This document shows positions 45,232 to 51,905 of a DNA stretch of 56,327 nucleotides, one piece after another. How positions within the stretch are numbered: position 1 is the stretch's first letter; every line of letters begins with the position of its first letter. Source of the DNA: an uncultured Candidatus Saccharibacteria bacterium (lineage in GTDB: Bacteria > Patescibacteriota > Minisyncoccia > Phycocordibacterales > UBA6899). The stretch lies in assembly GCA_964469335.1 (NCBI GenBank), contig CAYXYK010000005.1, positions 1-56,327 on the forward strand. The letters run 5' to 3'. Below the pieces are notes generated by a model that was given only the letters and a program-made list of their open reading frames with translations, had not been told where the DNA came from and made no database searches. Position numbers and translations under genes: made by a program.

Positions 45232-45642
45232 ATGCTCCGCGCGCTAGATTTCAGAGAAAGGACCCGAATTCGTCGTTTTGTCTATGCAAAACCGACCATT
45301 TTAGCGATGTTCGTCTTGTCGCTTCTCTCTCTGCATGGCGCATGGGGAATGTATCTGAAAAGCAAGGAAGCGCTTGCGAACAGGGACAAGGCGGTACTGG
45401 AAGCCAATGTGCTCATGGCTCATCAGCAAGAACTTCATGCAGATATCGGCAAACTTTCTTCCGACCGTGGGCAAGAAGAAGAGATACGCAACAGATTCAT
45501 GGTTGCGAAAGACGGTGAAAAAGTTATCATAGTATCCGAACCGGACGATGAAGTGCTGCATAGCGTCACGGTCGATGACAACAATCAGACCAGCACACTC
45601 ATCGACAGGTTCAAGGCAGCAGTCGGTTTGTCAGGCAATTAA
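45232..45642 (+). CDS. Septum formation initiator (FtsB/DivIC-like)
   Basis: TM, coiled coil, L.SDRGQEEEIRNRFMVAKDGEKVIIV motif. Confidence 0.8.
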   Translation: MLRALDFRERTRIRRFVYAKPTILAMFVLSLLSLHGAWGMYLKSKEALANRDKAVLEANVLMAHQQELHADIGKLSSDRGQEEEIRNRFMVAKDGEKVIIVSEPDDEVLHSVTVDDNNQTSTLIDRFKAAVGLSGN

Positions 45643-45645
45643 ATT

Positions 45646-45719
45646 GCGAGATTAGTTTAGTGGCAGAACTAGTGCTTCCCAAGCATTGGGCGGGAGTTCG
45701 ATTCTCCCATCTCGCACCA
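45646..45719 (+). tRNA. tRNA-Gly(CCC)
   Basis: GCGAGAT/ATCTCGC acceptor, AGTGC-TTCCCAA-GCATT, GTTCGATTC, encoded CCA. Confidence 0.97.
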
Positions 45720-45850
45720 AAACAAAAACCGGCAGGGAAGCCGTTTTTTGTTTTGGTGCGAGAAGCAAAGTGCCTGCGCACTTTGCGTGGGAGAATCGAA
45801 GCCCTTCTCCGTTATTTGTGAAGAATTATTATTCTGAGCAAATCGGAAAG

Positions 45851-45902
45851 AGGTACTGAAGCTGTAAGCTTCGATTCCGCATTTGCTTAGTGACTTGTGA
45901 CC
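45851..45902 (+). repeat. Partial GTGACC-family copy
   Basis: GAAGC..GCTTC hairpin followed by CTTAGTGACTTGTGACC. Confidence 0.6.
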
Positions 45903-46105
45903 AAAACGAGACTCAAAGAGCGCCCTGCGGCGCTCTTTGTATGGGGAAATCAAAAAACTTTCCGTATTCGTGGGAAGCTCGGCATCGAGCAAAACACCAA
46001 AAGTGTACAAAAGCGACAAACTTCAATTTCTCATTATCCTTTGTCCCATATGGCTATTTTGGCGGCATCACACAAACCCCATTTGTTCATGGTAAAATCA
46101 TGCAT

Positions 46106-46723
46106 ATGCTTGAGAAAATAAAACAAAACCCATCATTATTCGTAGGTTTCGCGATTCCAGTGTTCATGGTGCTTTTCATCGCAGGGGTGATCTATGTGCC
46201 CCAACTTTGGAATAGTACGCCACCACCGCAGTACGATTTCGTTTATGCGACCGGCGAGGGAGTGATCTATCCTTCCTATGGCGCAGGATACTACTCTTAC
46301 CCCTATGCCGCGAATGGCGCGCGACTCAAATACGTCTATCGTGTCGTGGACGGCAAGATCGTCAAAGAGGAACCTGAGCTCGATCAACCTGCGGCGATGA
46401 AGACTGCACCTTCGATATCTCCGACTGTTGTCGTTGATATCGAGCCGAAGTTTTTCCGCTTCCACGTCAGTGATGGCACGAGTGAAGCACTCAACGCCAC
46501 ATCGGCAATGCAGCTTTCGCTCGACACGAATGCGAAAAGTCCGGACGGATATGAGCTCGTGAGAGGTAATTACAATGGAGGGGAATTCTTCCCGTTCTAT
46601 TATGGAGGGTCAGGTGACTATTACAGTAAATATCTCAAGCGGGGAAGTTTTGCGAAAAAGATCGAACTGAATCTCCCGCAGAATTACTATGGCGAGTATT
46701 TCCTCGGCTGGGTAGCGAAATAA
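46106..46723 (+). CDS. Hypothetical single-TM exported protein
   Basis: TM then P.P.YDFVYA and SPDGYEL motifs; Tyr/Gly-rich. Confidence 0.75.
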   Translation: MLEKIKQNPSLFVGFAIPVFMVLFIAGVIYVPQLWNSTPPPQYDFVYATGEGVIYPSYGAGYYSYPYAANGARLKYVYRVVDGKIVKEEPELDQPAAMKTAPSISPTVVVDIEPKFFRFHVSDGTSEALNATSAMQLSLDTNAKSPDGYELVRGNYNGGEFFPFYYGGSGDYYSKYLKRGSFAKKIELNLPQNYYGEYFLGWVAK

Positions 46724-46724
46724 T

Positions 46725-47711
46725 ATGGAAAAGACACTTCTTATCGAAAGTCTCCGCAGTGCACTTCGGGATGGCACCGTCACTGAAAAGGAACTCCGCT
46801 CACTCTTAAGTGGGGATGGGGCGCCGATCACTGATCATGCCGTTTCCGATCACCGTGTGACACTTTCAGATGTGCTGTATTACGTAGGCGGGGGAATCGT
46901 TTTCATCGGCATCGGCATCTTCGCAGCGAATCACTGGGAAGACATGGGTAGCGCGATGCGCATCTTCGTCACCCTCGGGTTAGGAATCGCATCGTTCATT
47001 TCTGCCGTTTTACTCACGAAGAGCGGGAAAATGGATCGCCTCCCGGATGCACTACACCTCGTTGCCGGACTACTTATCCCCGGTGGAGTATTCGTCACAC
47101 TCGACGAATTGGGCTTCCGGGGCGGTTCGTGGGGGCCGGGGCTTATCTTCTTGGGCTTCACGCTGCTTTACCTGCTTGCGTATCTGTTCTACCGGCGCGG
47201 AGTCCTGGCGCTGTTCGGGGTGCTCTACGGCACATTTGCGACGCTACTCCTCTCTTCAGCGGTCATTGGCGACTTGCCGGTATTCAGTGGGGATAAATTC
47301 GCTGCATATCGCATTTTAGGCCTTGGAGCTGCATATCTTTTCCTCGCTTACGGTATGGTAGAAACGCGACTCCGGCCACTTGCATGGTGGCTGTACGGAT
47401 CAGGCTCTCTCGCTGTGCTATCTGCGGCGCTATGGCTTTCCGGCTGGAAGCCCGAGCAGTCGATGTTCTGGGAACTATCCTACCCGCTCTACGTTTTCGG
47501 CGCGATGTTCATCTCTACGAAATTGAAGTCACGGGCGATGTTGTTCTTCGGGGCTGTATTTCTCGTTGGGTACATCTTCAAGATTACCGCGGAGTACTTC
47601 CAAGACAGTCTTAGTTGGCCACTTCTCCTCATTCTCGCCGGTTTTCTCTTGATGGGAGTAGGGTACCTTACGTTCTACCTGAACAAGAGATACCTCAAGG
47701 CAGTGAACTAA
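46725..47711 (+). CDS. DUF2157-like multi-TM protein
   Basis: VLYYVGGGIVFIGIGIFAANHWEDM motif; about 9 TMs. Confidence 0.8.
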   Translation: MEKTLLIESLRSALRDGTVTEKELRSLLSGDGAPITDHAVSDHRVTLSDVLYYVGGGIVFIGIGIFAANHWEDMGSAMRIFVTLGLGIASFISAVLLTKSGKMDRLPDALHLVAGLLIPGGVFVTLDELGFRGGSWGPGLIFLGFTLLYLLAYLFYRRGVLALFGVLYGTFATLLLSSAVIGDLPVFSGDKFAAYRILGLGAAYLFLAYGMVETRLRPLAWWLYGSGSLAVLSAALWLSGWKPEQSMFWELSYPLYVFGAMFISTKLKSRAMLFFGAVFLVGYIFKITAEYFQDSLSWPLLLILAGFLLMGVGYLTFYLNKRYLKAVN

Positions 47712-47827
47712 CCTCGGTAACTTTGCGGTGCCATAGGGTCTATAGATCACCCTCTTTTTTAGTCGGTGGGGTGTGTGCTACAATAGCATCATCAAAGAGC
47801 ATAATTATCCGGTTAATTCTCATTACC

Positions 47828-48073
47828 ATGAAACCAGTCGCAATCTACACAACAGAGACATGCAGTTACTGCAAACTCGCAAAAGAGTTCTTCCAGAAGA
47901 ACAACGTTCAGTATCAGGAATTCAACGTCGGCACCGATCTTGAGAAACGTCAGGAAATGATCGAGAAGAGCGGACAGATGGGAGTCCCGGTCATCACCAT
48001 CGACGGAGAAGTTGTCGTCGGTTTCAATAAGCCTCGACTCCAAGAACTCCTCGGCGTTGTTGAGACAGCATAA
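47828..48073 (+). CDS. Glutaredoxin-like protein (NrdH/YruB family)
   Basis: YT..TCSYC and SGQMGVPVI.I.G..VVGF motifs. Confidence 0.92.
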   Translation: MKPVAIYTTETCSYCKLAKEFFQKNNVQYQEFNVGTDLEKRQEMIEKSGQMGVPVITIDGEVVVGFNKPRLQELLGVVETA

Positions 48074-48136
48074 AGTTGCATCGTTGTCTGCAAAGACCTA
48101 TTATGACAAAAGCTCACTCCGGTGAGTTTTTGTTTT

Positions 48137-48313
48137 GCCCCCATAGTTTAATGGATAGGAATCAATCGAGACTCAAAATGTGGAACATTTTGCGATTGAT
48201 TCGACCGGAGCTATGCCGAGGTATTACGAGGCGCGAGGTGGGGTCGCAAGCACTTAGTAGATGAGAAGCTTTGCTTCGAATATACTTAGTGACTAGTGAC
48301 CAGCTCCGTCCTA
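48137..48313 (+). pseudogene. Interrupted 5' half-copy of tRNA-Arg
   Basis: GCCCCCATAGTTTAATGGATAG (48137-48158), ~142-nt structured insert, then CAGCTCCGTCCTA (48301-48313). Confidence 0.7.
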
Positions 48314-48338
48314 GTGAAATGCATAAGTACGAAAATTT

Positions 48339-48413
48339 GCCCCTATAGTTCAATGGATAGAACAGCTCCGTCCTAAGGAGTAGATGTAGGTTCGATTCCC
48401 GCTGGGGGCACCA
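48339..48413 (+). tRNA. tRNA-Arg(CCT)
   Basis: GCCCCTA/TGGGGGC acceptor, GCTCC-GTCCTAA-GGAGT anticodon arm, encoded CCA; G32 and one T-stem mismatch. Confidence 0.9.
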
Positions 48414-48843
48414 TATGAAATAACAGCCTTTTGGCTGTTATTTCATATGGTGCCCCAAACAAGCAGACTACTCTGCTTCGTGCGGGAATCGAAAGGGTTT
48501 TCATTATCGAGTCATCGAGATTGAAAACCACCCGCGGCGGTTGCCGAGATTCCCGCTGGGGGCACAAGTCAGACACAAAACCTTCCCTGCGGAAGGTTTT
48601 GTGCTACTTGTGAGCCGCAGCGATGTTTCGCCAGCAGGCGAAACCGCGAGGTGGGGTCGCGGAAATCCCAGCGCGACGGCGATGGGATTATCCGTGACCC
48701 ATACTCCCAATGCCATACAATCTCTTTCGCTGTAGGTACGTTTTCCAGAGAGTCTCTTCGCGGAAATCCCAACGCGACGGTGAGAAAGTTATCCGTGACC
48801 AAGGTGACCCACATACACCACCTGCGGCGGTAGCCGAGATTCC
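48414..48843. repeat. Nested repeat cluster downstream of tRNA-Arg
   Basis: Inverted tRNA 3' copy (48448-48493), direct copy GATTCCCGCTGGGGGCAC (48548-48565), repeat pairs 48658/48759 and 48527/48817. Confidence 0.85.
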
Positions 48844-48913
48844 TCTCACATTGCTTCTTCCCGCGTTGAATGTATGATATCCGCAGTCCATCGTTATTTG
48901 AAAGGGGATTCAC

Positions 48914-49855
48914 GTGACCCAAAAAAGACCAGGCCTGCCTGCGGTCAGGACACAAGTTGCGGCATTCGGAACCTCCGTTTTTGCGCCATCTCAGGATGTG
49001 TTTGGGGAGAATGCGAGCGAATGGGCGAGACGAGTCCTCCTTCGCGTTCCCACTGGATCCGCTGTCGAGATGGCACTCTCCCTCGTCAGCCTCGTCGGTG
49101 TTCGCTATGTCCGCGAATTGCTTGCGCAAGCGATATTGATGAAGAAAATCGGTCGATGTGATCTCGAACAACTGTACCTCTCGCAGCGTGACGAAGTATT
49201 TGCCGAACTTCCACTCGTCACGCTCGAATTCCTTGCGTCGATCAACTCTGACGGAGTGCAGATCTTCACCCTCGAAGACCTGCACCAGCTCGAAGCGAAG
49301 CGACATGGGGACGTCGATACCATGCGGCACGTACCGTACGAGCGCGATCTGTCCTATTTCCTGTTCGATGAAGAGCGCCGCAGGACGGTATCCACGGAGG
49401 TCCTTACGCGCTGGGGTGACAACCTTCAAGGCCGTGACATGAACATGCTTGCTGTCATCGATGTCGAGCTGATAAAGAGAAAGGTCCGTAGGCTTTCCCA
49501 GGGCGACATCGGACACCGACTGAAAGTCGCTGCGAAGCAGGACCCGAAAGGGAACGCTGTGCGGGTCTATCTCGAGCTCCTGTTCTCAAGGTCCGCGAGA
49601 AAAGGAAGCGTCCGGTCTGAGGTCGTCAGTGTGCTGCTTGAGATGCTGTCGCCCGCAGAGCGGACCGGAAAGATCGATTTCACAGCGGCAAGCGAAGTCT
49701 TCAAGTTCTATGTCAACAACCCGCTCATCCCGCTCGAAGATCGTGAATGGGTCATCAGGGAGATCACCCAGTATTGCAACGCATTCGCCAGTCATTACCT
49801 GCGGTTCGTCGAAGAGGGCGTCAACGAGAACCCTTTTCGTACTAGGCGGTCGTGA
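48914..49855 (+). CDS. Hypothetical helical protein
   Basis: GTG start with SD GAAAGGGG; long open frame; terminator-like hairpin at 49874-49906. Confidence 0.7.
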   Translation: MTQKRPGLPAVRTQVAAFGTSVFAPSQDVFGENASEWARRVLLRVPTGSAVEMALSLVSLVGVRYVRELLAQAILMKKIGRCDLEQLYLSQRDEVFAELPLVTLEFLASINSDGVQIFTLEDLHQLEAKRHGDVDTMRHVPYERDLSYFLFDEERRRTVSTEVLTRWGDNLQGRDMNMLAVIDVELIKRKVRRLSQGDIGHRLKVAAKQDPKGNAVRVYLELLFSRSARKGSVRSEVVSVLLEMLSPAERTGKIDFTAASEVFKFYVNNPLIPLEDREWVIREITQYCNAFASHYLRFVEEGVNENPFRTRRS

Positions 49856-49920
49856 CCTATCCATGTGCGCTCGGAACGGTGGCTTTGTGTCACCGTTCTT
49901 TTTTTTGCTATAATCATCAT

Positions 49921-50211
49921 ATGACCGAACAATTCGACTATGACAAGATCGATGAGATACTCGACCTTACTCGCGAGAACAATCGTATCTTGCGCACCAT
50001 GCACCGAAGAATGCTGTGGAGCCAGATCTTCACCTTCATATACTGGCTGGTCATCCTTGGTATCGCCGGTTGGTCATATTATTTCTTGCAGCCGTATTTG
50101 ACCAAGTATCTCAATAGTTATGAGACGATCATGAACGCCCTTGATACCATGGATCAGGGTGGAAAAGCCTTGCCGTCGAATCTCCAGGGACTTCTCGATA
50201 AGGTGAGGTAA
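49921..50211 (+). CDS. Hypothetical single-TM protein
   Basis: L.RENN.ILR.MHR...W..I...YW..I pattern; ATG 6 nt after TATAAT. Confidence 0.8.
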   Translation: MTEQFDYDKIDEILDLTRENNRILRTMHRRMLWSQIFTFIYWLVILGIAGWSYYFLQPYLTKYLNSYETIMNALDTMDQGGKALPSNLQGLLDKVR

Positions 50212-50251
50212 AAAAGAAAAATCGCACGTTCGGCATTACCTCAATAGGGTT

Positions 50252-50330
50252 GGTTCAAGTTGCAAACTCGCTGAGCTCGTAAGTACTTGCGACCCGACTC
50301 GCCGCCTCGAAGACTCGGCATGCTCCGTCT
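50252..50330 (-). repeat. GTGACC-family copy downstream of tRNA-Phe
   Basis: Minus strand AGACGGAGCATGCCGAG...GAGTCGGGTCGCAAGTACTTA...CTTGAACC. Confidence 0.75.
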
Positions 50331-50403
50331 TTCAACCCTTTGTAAACTTTCAGTTTTCATCCTCGGCACCAAAAGAAAAAATCCCATATGGGATTTTTTC
50401 TTT

Positions 50404-50479
50404 TGGTGCCGAGGACCAGGGTTGAACTGGTGACCCCTCGCTCTTCAGGCGAATGCTCTACCAACTGAGCTACCTCGGC
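50404..50479 (-). tRNA. tRNA-Phe(GAA)
   Basis: GCCGAGG acceptor, TCGC-CTGAAGA-GCGA anticodon arm, GTTCAACC T-loop, encoded CCA. Confidence 0.97.
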
Positions 50480-50634
50480 AAATTTTCGTATTCTGCTCAA
50501 AACGTAAACCCAGTGATGCTTTGATGTTATCTACCAAAACAGCTACCTCGGCATTCTTGGGTGCCTTGCAAGGATATCAGATTAAGCCAATTTTTCAAGC
50601 TCAGACTGAGTTGACCAATACTCGATAACTCTTT

Positions 50635-51153
50635 CTACTGTATAGACTTCACTTTGAGCTCCTGTGTCCGAGCAACATCGAGCTTCGGGAGCCTTATGAT
50701 CAAGAGTCCGTATTTTTCGACCGCCTCGGCTCCTTCGGTATCCACTTCGTACGGAAGCTCGATCACGCGCGAGAATGATCCCCAGTAGAGTTCGCGAGAG
50801 ATATAGTGTTCTTCCGGAATACCTTGCGGTGCGTTGCGCTTACCTCTAATGGTGACGCTATTTCTGGTGATAGATATATGCAGATTCTCGGGAGTTACCC
50901 CGGCGATCATTCCCTGAAGTACGAGTTCGTTGTCCGACTCATAGATGTCGACTGCAAGTCCCGGCTCCTCATCTTCCTCGTCATCTTCATATACCTCTAC
51001 CTCTTGTTCTGCTTCCTCATCACGTACCTCTACTTTATTGTCATAGCGCTGTGCGGGGCGTGAGCGGGGTGCTTCTTCTTCGAACGAGTGCTCGTCAGTG
51101 ACCACTTGGGTCCCCGTGAGTCGTTCAAGGAAAGACTGTTTTCTTGGTGTCAT
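50635..51153 (-). CDS. Hsp20/alpha-crystallin small heat-shock protein
   Basis: LAVDIYE, LHISIT, RELYWGSFSRVIELP and GLLIIRLPK motifs. Confidence 0.92.
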   Translation of the reverse strand: MTPRKQSFLERLTGTQVVTDEHSFEEEAPRSRPAQRYDNKVEVRDEEAEQEVEVYEDDEEDEEPGLAVDIYESDNELVLQGMIAGVTPENLHISITRNSVTIRGKRNAPQGIPEEHYISRELYWGSFSRVIELPYEVDTEGAEAVEKYGLLIIRLPKLDVARTQELKVKSIQ

Positions 51154-51905
51154 GATAGATATGATTTACGAGGAATAATGATTCTTCCAGTATGCGGATG
51201 TTCAACGTGGCTTCGGGGCGCCATTCGCTTGATCTTCTCACATACGAGTAAAAGTCCGAGAATGAAGGTCCATAGACCAATGAATATTTCGTACAGATAA
51301 GACCCCTCGCTCACAATTATAGAGAAGTTGAATGTCGTGTGCAATACGATGGCGGCCAAAAGTCCGACGAATAGCCAGACCCGTTTTTCCCACTTCTCTG
51401 CATAGTACGAAAGCGCGATAGCGACACCGACCGTTCCACTTGCTGCAACGTGTAGTAGTGTGGCTCCAATGAAGCGAAAATCGCCGAGGAGCACTGTTGC
51501 CAAGGCATCACCTGAGCCGAGCGGATTGATCAAGAACATGGTATTTTCGAGCGCGGAGAACCCTAGCGCGATCGTGATCAGGTAGACCACACCGTCAATT
51601 GGCTCATCGAAATACTTGCTTTTCAGAGCAACGATGTAGATTCCGAGGAATTTCAGAGTTTCCTCGGTAATAGCCCAAAAAGTGAGCAAGGTGAGGTCAT
51701 TCGCGCTGAGATTTGCTGCTATGAACTTCTCGATCGGGTATGCGGATGCGGTTGCGAGCATTCCGACCAGGAAGGCAAGTATCAAGAGTCCGCGTGGCTC
51801 AGGATGAAGGTCATCTTCCTTGAGCCAAAACCATAACCAGAACACCGTCGGGAGTATCCCGCCAAGGAGGGCGAAGAACACCATTGTCGGTGTTAGATCA
51901 TGCAT
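51150..51905 (-). CDS. prsW: PrsW family intramembrane metalloprotease
   Basis: EPRGL, ITEETLK, ALGFSALEN, LLH and LHTTFN motifs. Confidence 0.9.
   Translation of the reverse strand: MHDLTPTMVFFALLGGILPTVFWLWFWLKEDDLHPEPRGLLILAFLVGMLATASAYPIEKFIAANLSANDLTLLTFWAITEETLKFLGIYIVALKSKYFDEPIDGVVYLITIALGFSALENTMFLINPLGSGDALATVLLGDFRFIGATLLHVAASGTVGVAIALSYYAEKWEKRVWLFVGLLAAIVLHTTFNFSIIVSEGSYLYEIFIGLWTFILGLLLVCEKIKRMAPRSHVEHPHTGRIIIPRKSYLS

Noticed and set aside
48137-48313. Intron-containing tRNA-Arg
   Set aside because: The sequence after the insert stops at the anticodon with no 3' half, and the insert lacks group I/II intron core motifs.
48373-49516. ORFs spanning tRNA-Arg and its repeats (48373..48576, 48569..49516 and others)
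   Set aside because: They overlap the tRNA and repeats or shadow the 48914 gene; the same applies to ORFs over tRNA-Ser and tRNA-Gly.
50203-50243. TGAGGTAA/TTACCTCA mirror at the 49921 gene stop as another flank-mirroring case
   Set aside because: Only 8 bp, which could arise by chance, so it was not counted among the seven cases.
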